Shown one piece after another: positions 18,037 through 26,354 of a stretch of 64,000 nucleotides of DNA. The position numbers and the translations under genes are program-made. Under the pieces are notes generated by a model that made no database searches, was not told where the DNA came from, and saw only the letters and a list, made by a program, of their open reading frames with translations. Numbering within the stretch: the first letter of the stretch is position 1; each line of letters starts with the position of its first letter. Source of the stretch: an uncultured bacterium (GTDB lineage Bacteria; Hydrothermota; UBA3073; NMUJ01; CBEVQO01); assembly GCA_965552055.1 (NCBI GenBank), contig CBEVQO010000001.1, positions 431,106 to 495,105 of the forward strand, written 5' to 3'.

Positions 18037-19254
18037 GTGAAGGATATCATAAAGAAAAAGGTAAAAGGAGAGGAGTTAGAAGAATTTGAAATAGAAAAAA
18101 TTGTTAATTCTTACACAAAAGGTTTACTTTCTGATGATTTAATGGCAGTATTTTTGACTTCTGTTTTTATAAATGATTTTAGTGAAAATGAATTACTTTA
18201 TTTTACAAAAGCCATGATGGAAAGCGGGAAAGTTTTACACTGGCGAGGAGGTATTTATGCTGATAAGCATTCTACAGGTGGTGTGGGTGATAAAGTATCT
18301 TTTTTGATAGCACCAATAATGGCATCAGCTGGTCTCAAAGTGCCGATGATTTCGGGCAGAAAACTCGGACATACAGGCGGAACAGTGGATAAACTCGAAT
18401 CCATACCCGGATACAGGGTAAATCTATCATTTGAAGAATTTCAAAAAATAGTAGATAAAATTGGCTTAAGTATCATAAGCCAGACGGAAGATTTAGCACC
18501 AGCAGATAGAAAAATATATGCACTTCGGGATAAATTAAATCTCGTAGATTCAATTCCTCTAATAGCATCGAGTATTATGAGTAAAAAACTTGCAGAAGGG
18601 ATAAATATCCTTGTGCTGGATGTGAAGACAGGCAAAGGAGCATTTATGGAAAAATATGAAGATGCAAAAGAATTGGCACAAAAAATGGTATCAATTGGGA
18701 AAAAATACGGAATTAAAGTAAGAGCACATATCACAAATATGGATGAGCCTTTAGGAGAAGCTGCCGGTAATTCCCTTGAAATACTAGAATGCATAAGAAT
18801 TTTAAAGGGAGAGCATTATCCAGATGATTTAATGGAAGTTACTTTAACACTCGCAAAAAGTGCTTTTGAACTTGCAGGCATAAAAGAGGAACCGCAAAAG
18901 TTTATAGAAAATGGAAAAGCATACGAAAAATTTAAAGAAATGATAAGAGAACATGGAGGTAACCTTGAAAAAGTAAAAGTCGCGGAAAACAAAATGGAAA
19001 TAAAGGCAGAAAAAGAAGGTTATTTATTCCTTCATACAAAGGAAATAGGCAAAGTAATAAATGAATTCAAAAGCAAAAACTCTGGATGTATTTTTAGAAA
19101 AAAATCAGGCGATAAATTGAAAAAAGGTGAGGTAATTTGTGAAGTTTATTTTGAAAAAGATGAAAAAGAGATTGCCGAAAAGATTAAAAGGCACATTGAG
19201 ATAAGAGAAGAAAAAATTGAAAGGAAGGAGATGATTTTTGATATAATGGGATGA
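18037..19254 (+). CDS. pdp: Pyrimidine-nucleoside / thymidine phosphorylase
   Basis: DKHSTGGVGDK, SGRKLGHTGGTVDKLES, SIMSKKLA, DVKTGKGAFM. Confidence 0.93.
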   Translation: MKDIIKKKVKGEELEEFEIEKIVNSYTKGLLSDDLMAVFLTSVFINDFSENELLYFTKAMMESGKVLHWRGGIYADKHSTGGVGDKVSFLIAPIMASAGLKVPMISGRKLGHTGGTVDKLESIPGYRVNLSFEEFQKIVDKIGLSIISQTEDLAPADRKIYALRDKLNLVDSIPLIASSIMSKKLAEGINILVLDVKTGKGAFMEKYEDAKELAQKMVSIGKKYGIKVRAHITNMDEPLGEAAGNSLEILECIRILKGEHYPDDLMEVTLTLAKSAFELAGIKEEPQKFIENGKAYEKFKEMIREHGGNLEKVKVAENKMEIKAEKEGYLFLHTKEIGKVINEFKSKNSGCIFRKKSGDKLKKGEVICEVYFEKDEKEIAEKIKRHIEIREEKIERKEMIFDIMG

Positions 19255-20510
19255 AAGATTATCCCAACATAATTCTACTTACGATAGATGCTTTGCGACC
19301 CGATTTTATCGATTGTTATAATGATTGTGGATTGACACCGGCACTTAAAAAATTTGCAAAAAATTCAATTGTGTTTGAAAATACTTTCACACAGGGACCT
19401 TTAACTCCTTTATCTTTCCCTGCTATTTTCACAGGAATGTATCCCAGAAAAGTAATGGATGGATTTGGCAAAATAAACAAAAATTTCCCAACTTTCGCAC
19501 AAATTTTAAAAGAAAAAGGATACGAAACATGTGGAATATGTTCAAACCATTTTCTGGTAAAAGGAACAGGCTTTGAAAAAGGATTTAACATCTTCTATGA
19601 TGCAAATGATTTTATGAAAGTAGGAGGGCTTCTTTATCGCTGGATATATCCCGCTGCCTTTCCAAATGCCGATACCGTTAACGAAAAAGCAATAAAAATG
19701 CTGAAAAAAATAAAAAGACCATTTTTCCTGTGGGTTCACTATATGGATACTCATGGACCTTATTTTACAGGGATAAAATTTAATCCCGTGCATAAATTTC
19801 ACAATGAATTTCTGTGGATAAAAGCAACAAGAAGACCAAAAAGCGTGACGAAAAAAGAAAAAAGAAAATTAAAAACATTATACAAAAAAGCAATCCAATA
19901 CATCGACCAAAAATTGCACGAATTATTCAAAGTATTTGAAGATATGAATTTATTTGAAAATTCGATTATAATTATCACATCGGATCATGGAGAAGAATTT
20001 GCAGAACACGGTGAATTCTCTCATAGCCGTAAACTTTACGACGAATTGCTTAGAGTTCCATTGATAATATATTCACCAAAATCAAAGCATGTAAGAATTA
20101 AAAAAATTATGGGATTGATAGACCTTTTACCCACAGTTTTTAAAATTGCTAAAATTGAAACCGATATAAATTTTGAAGGAAAAGACATTTTAAATTTTGA
20201 AAGAAAATATGTCATAAGTGAAGCGAATCCAGATAAGAAAAAAAATTTTATAGCGATAAGAACTGAAAACTGGAAATACATATTTGATGAAGAAAAAAAT
20301 AAAGAAGAACTTTATGATATAAGAAGAGACCCACTGGAGAAAAAGAATCTTGTTGAAAAGGTTTCGAAACAAATTTTATACGAATTTAGAAATATTTTGA
20401 AGGAATTTACCGAAAGCTGTCCAAAAACAGGAAACACTGCGGATAGATATTTTGACGATAAAATCAAGAAACATTTAGAATTTCTCGGATATATTGACGA
20501 AGTGAAATAA
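19251..20510 (+). CDS. Sulfatase-like hydrolase/transferase (alkaline phosphatase superfamily)
   Basis: IILLTIDALRPD, HYMDTHGPY, ITSDHGEE, VPLII, ELYD...DPLE. Confidence 0.85.
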   Translation: MKDYPNIILLTIDALRPDFIDCYNDCGLTPALKKFAKNSIVFENTFTQGPLTPLSFPAIFTGMYPRKVMDGFGKINKNFPTFAQILKEKGYETCGICSNHFLVKGTGFEKGFNIFYDANDFMKVGGLLYRWIYPAAFPNADTVNEKAIKMLKKIKRPFFLWVHYMDTHGPYFTGIKFNPVHKFHNEFLWIKATRRPKSVTKKEKRKLKTLYKKAIQYIDQKLHELFKVFEDMNLFENSIIIITSDHGEEFAEHGEFSHSRKLYDELLRVPLIIYSPKSKHVRIKKIMGLIDLLPTVFKIAKIETDINFEGKDILNFERKYVISEANPDKKKNFIAIRTENWKYIFDEEKNKEELYDIRRDPLEKKNLVEKVSKQILYEFRNILKEFTESCPKTGNTADRYFDDKIKKHLEFLGYIDEVK

Positions 20511-20511
20511 C

Positions 20512-20538
20512 TTGACATTTGAGGAGAATAATTAAATT
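20512..20538 (+). promoter_or_regulatory. Sigma70-like promoter TTGACA-N15-TAAATT (leaderless gltX)
   Basis: ATG 20545 lies 6 nt after the -10. Confidence 0.65.
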
Positions 20539-20544
20539 ATTAAG

Positions 20545-21942
20545 ATGAGTGTAAGGGTAAGGATAGCGCCTTCTCCCACTGGCTTTTTGCATGTAGGTAC
20601 CGCTCGCACTGCCCTTTATAACTATCTATTTGCCAAGAAAATGGGAGGAAAATTTATTTTGAGAATTGAAGATACAGATTTGCAAAGGTCAGACCCGCGC
20701 TATACCGAGCAAATAATAGAAAGCTTGAAATGGCTCGGATTACATTGGGATGAAATTTATTATCAATCACAGAGATTTGATATTTACAGAAAATACGCTG
20801 AAAAACTTTTAAAAGAAGGAAAAGCATATTATTGTTATTGCACAGAAGAAGAACTGGAAAGGAAAAGGAAAGAAGCTCTTGCAAAGAAAAAACCATGGAA
20901 ATACGATAGAAGATGTTATTATTTAACACCCGAAGAAAAAGAAAAATTTGAGCGTGAAGGAAGAAAAAAAGCATTGAGATTTTTCATACCTCAAGGTAAG
21001 GTAGAATTTGAAGATTTATTACATGGTAAACTCGAAAGGGATTCTTTTGATATTGAGGATTTTGTGATAATGAAATCGGATGGCACTCCCAGTTATAATT
21101 TTGCGTGTGTAATCGATGACCACCTGATGGGTATAACGCATGTGATAAGGGGTGAAGACCACATAACAAATACTTTTAAACAGGTTTTGCTTTACAAAGC
21201 ACTCGGCTGGGAGCCACCAAAATTTGTGCATCTACCTTTGATACTGGGAGAAGACAGGTCAAAATTGTCAAAGCGCCATGGTGCAGTAAATGTGCTTGAA
21301 TACAGAGAAATGGGATATTTACCTGAAGCCCTGATTAATTTCCTTGCACTTTTAGGATGGTCTCCAGGTGAAGATAAAGAAATTTTATCAATAGATGAAA
21401 TGATTGAAAGATTTTCACTCGAAAAGTTAAGTAAGACAGGCTCAGTATTTGACATCAAAAAATTAACATGGATGAATCACGAATACATAAAGAGGAAATC
21501 AGCAGAGGAGTTACTCCCCCTTGTTAAACCTTTTATAAAAGAAGAAGTGGATGATGCGTATTTGCTGAAGGTAATCGAGATAATGAAAGACAGGGTAAAA
21601 ACATTGAAGGATTTCTGGGACTTTGGAAATTACTTTTTCCGTGAACCAGAAAATTTTGACCCCGAAGGAGTTGAAAAATACTTAAAGAACGAAAAAATTC
21701 CAGAATATTTCGAAAAGTTATGCGAAAGATTTGAAAAATTACCTCATTTCAATGTTGAAGAAATAGAAATAGCGATAAGGGAACTTGCTCAAGAACTCGG
21801 AATAAAAGCAAAAGAACTCATTCATCCTGTTAGAGTGGCTGTTTCCGGCAGAACAGTGGGACCCAGTTTATTCCACATGCTCGAAGTACTGGGAAAAGAA
21901 AGGGTCTTGAGACGCCTTAAAAAGTGGTGCAGGAAAAATTGA
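20545..21942 (+). CDS. gltX: Glutamate--tRNA ligase
   Basis: APSPTGFLHVG (HIGH), RIEDTD, IRGEDH, KLSKR (KMSKS), anticodon-binding domain. Confidence 0.97.
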   Translation: MSVRVRIAPSPTGFLHVGTARTALYNYLFAKKMGGKFILRIEDTDLQRSDPRYTEQIIESLKWLGLHWDEIYYQSQRFDIYRKYAEKLLKEGKAYYCYCTEEELERKRKEALAKKKPWKYDRRCYYLTPEEKEKFEREGRKKALRFFIPQGKVEFEDLLHGKLERDSFDIEDFVIMKSDGTPSYNFACVIDDHLMGITHVIRGEDHITNTFKQVLLYKALGWEPPKFVHLPLILGEDRSKLSKRHGAVNVLEYREMGYLPEALINFLALLGWSPGEDKEILSIDEMIERFSLEKLSKTGSVFDIKKLTWMNHEYIKRKSAEELLPLVKPFIKEEVDDAYLLKVIEIMKDRVKTLKDFWDFGNYFFREPENFDPEGVEKYLKNEKIPEYFEKLCERFEKLPHFNVEEIEIAIRELAQELGIKAKELIHPVRVAVSGRTVGPSLFHMLEVLGKERVLRRLKKWCRKN

Positions 21943-22637
21943 AAAAAGGTTTACTATGTCTCATTGACCCGGATAAAGAAATAAAATTTCTAAAAGAAAT
22001 GGTTAAAAAAATTTCAGATGCCGGAGCTTCAGCTATTTTACTCGGTGGAAGCACCTATGGTGAAGTAGATTTTGATGAATTTGTAAAGGAAGTTAAAAGA
22101 TATTCGGAAATACCCGTAATTATTTTTCCATCCGGAATGCATCATATATCGAAGTATGCTGATGCCATATTTTTCATGTCATTGCTTAGTGGAAGAAATC
22201 CACAATATTTGATTGAGGAACAGGTAAAAGCTGCTCCTTTGATAAAAAAATATGGGTTAGAAGTAATACCTGTAGGTTATATTCTGGTAGATGGTGGTAA
22301 TCCAACGAGTGCATCTTATATCAGCCACACTATGCCCATACCCCGTGACAAACCACGAATAGCAAAATATCATGCTCTTACTGCCCAGTATTTTGGTATG
22401 AAATATGTGTATCTCGATGCGGGAAGCGGTGCAAAATATTCTGTACCAGAAGAAATGATAAAAGAAGTAAAAGAATACATTGATATCCCTTTAATTGTGG
22501 GAGGCGGTATTAAAACGCCGGAAGAAGCCCTTAAAAAAAGGAAAGCAGGAGCGGATTTTATAGTCGTGGGAAATATCATTGAGAAAGACATAAATCTTGT
22601 TTATGAATTTGTGAAAGTGCTGGAAAAGGAGGGATGA
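21939..22637 (+). CDS. Geranylgeranylglyceryl phosphate synthase, group II-like (PcrB/GGGPS family)
   Basis: LIDPDK, LLGGST, FMSLLSGRNPQYLI, YLDAGSGA, VGGGI, VVGN. TTG 21939 overlaps the gltX stop (track start 21924). Confidence 0.9.
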   Translation: MKKGLLCLIDPDKEIKFLKEMVKKISDAGASAILLGGSTYGEVDFDEFVKEVKRYSEIPVIIFPSGMHHISKYADAIFFMSLLSGRNPQYLIEEQVKAAPLIKKYGLEVIPVGYILVDGGNPTSASYISHTMPIPRDKPRIAKYHALTAQYFGMKYVYLDAGSGAKYSVPEEMIKEVKEYIDIPLIVGGGIKTPEEALKKRKAGADFIVVGNIIEKDINLVYEFVKVLEKEG

Positions 22638-23410
22638 TGAAAGGAGTGGTTCTTGCAGGAGGTCTTGGCACCCGCCTTTATCCCCTTACTAAAATAACGA
22701 ATAAACATCTATTGCCGATTTATGACCTTCCGATGATATATTATCCCATAATGACACTTGTGGATGCGGGTATAAAAGAGATAATGATAGTAACAGGTGG
22801 TAATTATGCAGGTGAATTTCTACGACTTCTGGGCGACGGAAGGGAATTCGGTTTAAAACAGTTAACTTATGCTTATCAGGAGAAAGAAGGAGGAATTGCT
22901 CATGCTTTGTCTTATGCACAAAATTTCATAGGTAATGATAAATTCGTGGTAATACTTGGAGATAATATCCTTGATGGCAGTATAAAGAAAGCGGTTGATA
23001 ACTTTAAGAAGCAAAAAGAAGGTGCAAAAATTTTACTGAAAGAGGTTCCAAATCCCCAGGATTATGGAGTGCCTGTAATTGAAGGTGATAAGATAGTGGA
23101 TGTTATTGAAAAACCCGAAAATCCACCAACAAATTACGCAGTTATAGGTGTTTACATGTATCATCCGGATGTTTTTAACATAATCAAAGAGCTAAAGCCA
23201 TCAAAGAGGGGAGAATTAGAGATATCCGATGTGAATGCGATTTATGCGAAACAGGGCAAGTTAACTTACGATATTTTCGAAGGATGGTGGGGAGATGCAG
23301 GAGTATCTGTCGATATATATCTTGAAGTTTGTAATTATGTGGCATTGAGGAAAAAATCAAATCCACCTTACTGGAATCTCGAAAGATTGAGAAATTTGAA
23401 TGCGAAATGA
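22634..23410 (+). CDS. rfbA: Glucose-1-phosphate thymidylyltransferase (short RmlA/SpsI type)
   Basis: GVVLAGGLGTRLYPLT, KHLLPIYD, LGDN, EKP, RGELEI. Confidence 0.88.
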   Translation: MMKGVVLAGGLGTRLYPLTKITNKHLLPIYDLPMIYYPIMTLVDAGIKEIMIVTGGNYAGEFLRLLGDGREFGLKQLTYAYQEKEGGIAHALSYAQNFIGNDKFVVILGDNILDGSIKKAVDNFKKQKEGAKILLKEVPNPQDYGVPVIEGDKIVDVIEKPENPPTNYAVIGVYMYHPDVFNIIKELKPSKRGELEISDVNAIYAKQGKLTYDIFEGWWGDAGVSVDIYLEVCNYVALRKKSNPPYWNLERLRNLNAK

Positions 23411-24237
23411 GAATACTGGTACTGGGTGCAACAGGGATGCTCGGCTCCGACCTTGTGCCCCTCCTGAATTCATACGATGTAATACCTGCAGGCAGTAAAG
23501 ATATAAACATAGCGGAAAAAGATTGTATAAAGAAAATTGCAGATATTAAACCGGATTTTATCTATTTGCTCGCTGCCTATACGAATGTTGAAAAATGCGA
23601 AGATGAAGTTGAGAAAGCTTTTATGGTAAATGCAATTGGTGTACGCAATGTATGCATAGCTGCTCAGAAATTAAATTGCCCTTTGCTTTACATAAGCACA
23701 GATTATGTGTTTGACGGCAAAAAAGACGAACCCTATTACGAATTTGATAAACCAAATCCCTTAAGCGTGTATGGCAGGTCAAAATATTGGGGAGAAGTCT
23801 TTGTTAGAGATTTGTTAAATAAATTTTTTATAGTGAGGACATCGTGGCTTTACGGTAAAAATGGAATTAATTTTGTATATAAAATGCTGGAAATTTCAAA
23901 GAAAAATAAAGTTTTAAAGGTTGTAAATGACCAGACAGGAAGTCCCACATACACAAAGGATTTAGCAGAAGCTTTAACCTTGTTTTTGAATTGTGAATTT
24001 TATGGGATATATCATATTACAAATTCAGGATACTGCACATGGTATGAATTTGCGAAAAAAATTTTTGAAATAAAAGGTATAGATGTGGAAGTAATACCTG
24101 TCAGCAGTGCTGAGTTTCCGGCAAAAGCACGGCGTCCTAAAAATTCAAGATTATCAAATTTCCACTTTGAAAAAACATTCGGCAGAAAATTAAGACACTG
24201 GCATGATGCATTAAAAGATTTTTTAAATAATTTTTAG
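23407..24237 (+). CDS. rfbD: dTDP-4-dehydrorhamnose reductase
   Basis: GATGMLG, ISTDYVFDG, YGRSK, DQTGSPT, ARRP. Confidence 0.95.
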   Translation: MRILVLGATGMLGSDLVPLLNSYDVIPAGSKDINIAEKDCIKKIADIKPDFIYLLAAYTNVEKCEDEVEKAFMVNAIGVRNVCIAAQKLNCPLLYISTDYVFDGKKDEPYYEFDKPNPLSVYGRSKYWGEVFVRDLLNKFFIVRTSWLYGKNGINFVYKMLEISKKNKVLKVVNDQTGSPTYTKDLAEALTLFLNCEFYGIYHITNSGYCTWYEFAKKIFEIKGIDVEVIPVSSAEFPAKARRPKNSRLSNFHFEKTFGRKLRHWHDALKDFLNNF

Positions 24238-24300
24238 CCCCGCCTCCCTGTCCCCACCACCCTCGTCACAACCCATATGTAATGCACTCGCTTACGCTCG
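24226..24300 (-). repeat. Dispersed GC-rich intergenic element, copy 2 (short form)
   Basis: Its reverse complement matches both ends of 4985-5151; contains the stop codons of both convergent flanking genes. Confidence 0.85.
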
Positions 24301-25071
24301 TAATAAATATTTTATTCTATCTATTTTTCTGCATTTTCCTGTTTTTTCATCTATGTCGATTAAAACGGCACAAAATTGTGGCTTTGAAGAGGCAGCACGA
24401 GGTATTACTGGCACACCTGTTATAAACATTCTCAAAATTTCTCCTTTTTTTGCTCCACAGATAGAATCAGCAGCACCTGTAACGCCCGCATCCGTAATAT
24501 ACCCAGTACCGCGATGTAAAATGCGGGTATCAGCAGTTTGGGTACCAAGATGAGAGCCTACAACAGCTGACACCCTGCCATCCAGATACCAGCCCATTGC
24601 ACATTTCTCAGAACTCGCCTGAGCATGAAAATCAACGAGAATTAAATTCGTTTCTTTTTTAACTTCTTCAATTATTTCATCTGCTTTCCTGAAAGGACAA
24701 TCAACATTCACCATAAAGGTTCTTCCTATTAAATTTATCACACATAAACCATTCGGGAAAATATGAAAACCCCTCCCGGGTACAGAAGGCGGATAGTTTG
24801 CAGGACGAAGTAATCTTCTTGGATTCGAATGTAACACAGCAACTACATCTTTATTCAGCCAGACATCTTCTCCCGTTGTAATGCAATCTATTCCATAAGA
24901 GAGTAACTCTTCAACAGAAAGGGGGTCAATACCCTTACCATCATCAGATGCATCTTCTCCGTTCGCAACAACAAAATCAACACCAAAATCTTCAACAATA
25001 ACTGGCAAAATTCTCTTAACAGCTGTTTTACCGGGAAGCCCAAAAATTTTACCAATGAAAAGAACCTTCAT
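24292..25071 (-). CDS. YmdB/TIGR00282-family metallophosphoesterase homologue with degenerate active site
   Basis: LRPANYP, NLIGRTFM, VDFHA, SEK, GWYLDGRVSAVVG, QTAD, GYITDAG match YmdB, but several metal ligands are substituted. Confidence 0.85.
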   Translation of the reverse strand: MKVLFIGKIFGLPGKTAVKRILPVIVEDFGVDFVVANGEDASDDGKGIDPLSVEELLSYGIDCITTGEDVWLNKDVVAVLHSNPRRLLRPANYPPSVPGRGFHIFPNGLCVINLIGRTFMVNVDCPFRKADEIIEEVKKETNLILVDFHAQASSEKCAMGWYLDGRVSAVVGSHLGTQTADTRILHRGTGYITDAGVTGAADSICGAKKGEILRMFITGVPVIPRAASSKPQFCAVLIDIDEKTGKCRKIDRIKYLLRA

Positions 25072-25076
25072 TAAGA

Positions 25077-25103
25077 ATTATAAAAAATTTGCAAAGATGT
25101 CAA
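25077..25103 (-). promoter_or_regulatory. Sigma70-like promoter TTGACA-N15-TATAAT (leaderless)
   Basis: Perfect hexamers; ATG 25071 lies 5 nt after the -10. Confidence 0.8.
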
Positions 25104-25170
25104 TAATTTTTATTTTTATCCCGCCCGCCCACCCAGAGATTTTTTCGAAGGGCTTCGCCCTCCGTGACCC
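25103..25170 (-). repeat. Divergent third GC-rich element: GCGAAGC minihairpin plus perfect G4 motif GGGTGGGCGGGCGGG
   Basis: AGGGCGAAGCCCT at 25161-25149; G4 motif at 25134-25120; ends TAAAAATTATTGACA exactly as copy 1 does. Confidence 0.5.
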
Positions 25171-25240
25171 ATTTTTGAATTTCTCTAAATCGTTAATATT
25201 ACATAACCGTTTTTCAGCACTTTCTTAATAAGTTTCAAAA

Positions 25241-25267
25241 TTGACAAACACATATTGTGATTATAAT
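25241..25267 (+). promoter_or_regulatory. Sigma70-like promoter TTGACA-N15-TATAAT (leaderless)
   Basis: Perfect hexamers; in-frame GTG at 25272. Confidence 0.8.
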
Positions 25268-25271
25268 TTAT

Positions 25272-26312
25272 GTGCTACCTCTATTCTTATTAACATCAAC
25301 ACTGGCTTTTCTTGAAGAAAAAATTATTTATTTGACAAATTTAGAGCGTCAAAAAAGGGGATTATCATGGCTTGAGAAAGACGAATACCTGAGGGAAGCT
25401 GCTTTTTCTCATTCAAAGGAAATGGCAGAGTTAAATTATTTCAGCCACTTTTCTCCAAAAAAGGAAAATAGGGAACCTGCAGACAGGGTAAGACACACAA
25501 AATCAACATGCATAACAGTTGCAGAAAACATTTATAAAGTAACAGGGCTTCAGGATTTGCAAAAACTACCTGCAATGTGCGTGGAAAGCTGGATGAATAG
25601 CCCTCATCATAGAGAAAATATCCTAACACCTTATTACAATAGAATTGGCGTTGGAATTTACAAAAAAGGGGATACTTATTATGTAACTCAATTATTCGCA
25701 GAAAAATTCATGGAATTTAGAAAAATAAAAGCAAGAGAGATAATAAAAGAAGTATACGAAATTGTGATATCTCTTATCACAAAGAGAAAATGCGAAATAG
25801 GACTGTGGATTGACGGCGAATTTAAAGAAAAATATACGAGCCGAAAAAAATTGATTCTCAAATATGACTTCGACAAAAATACAGGCAAACATTTAATTGA
25901 AATAGGTTATAGAAAAGCAGGTGAAAAAGGAAATTTCCTTATCACAAATAAAGTAACTATAAATACCGATACCACAAAAAACGAAGTGATAAAAAAAGTG
26001 GAAAAATTAGCAGAATATGTAAAAGTAGAGACAGTTACATCTATTCTGAAAAAAGTTAAAAAAGTAGCACTAACTTTTAAAGGTAAAAAAATAAAAGATT
26101 TCAAAGAAATTGGCATATTTTTAGATGATAAACTCATAAAACAGATTAAATGCAGTGATAAAGATTTAAATTTCGAAGTGGAAATAGAAAAAGATGGCAA
26201 AAAGAAAGAAATTGGCATTGGCATTTTTAAGCCCGCAGAAAATAAGTTTAAAATAACAGACAAAATCTTTATCGATACATCAAAAGAAGGAGAGGATATA
26301 TTTTTGTGGTAA
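25272..26312 (+). CDS. CAP/SCP-domain secreted protein with duplicated C-terminal beta domain
   Basis: TNLERQKRGL, HSKEM...YFSH, AENI, WMNSPHHRENIL, IGVG. Start reassigned to GTG 25272. Confidence 0.82.
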   Translation: MLPLFLLTSTLAFLEEKIIYLTNLERQKRGLSWLEKDEYLREAAFSHSKEMAELNYFSHFSPKKENREPADRVRHTKSTCITVAENIYKVTGLQDLQKLPAMCVESWMNSPHHRENILTPYYNRIGVGIYKKGDTYYVTQLFAEKFMEFRKIKAREIIKEVYEIVISLITKRKCEIGLWIDGEFKEKYTSRKKLILKYDFDKNTGKHLIEIGYRKAGEKGNFLITNKVTINTDTTKNEVIKKVEKLAEYVKVETVTSILKKVKKVALTFKGKKIKDFKEIGIFLDDKLIKQIKCSDKDLNFEVEIEKDGKKKEIGIGIFKPAENKFKITDKIFIDTSKEGEDIFLW

Positions 26313-26322
26313 TTTATATAGC

Positions 26323-26349
26323 TTGACAATTATTCAATTTGATTAAAAT
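26323..26349 (+). promoter_or_regulatory. Sigma70-like promoter TTGACA-N15-TAAAAT (leaderless hflX)
   Basis: GTG 26355 lies 5 nt after the -10. Confidence 0.75.
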
Positions 26350-26354
26350 ATAGT

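Noticed and set aside
25188..25213. GTTA-N8-TAAC imperfect palindrome resembling a tyrosine-recombinase site
   Set aside because: Only a 4-bp perfect arm in AT-rich DNA, no recombinase nearby and no second copy seen.
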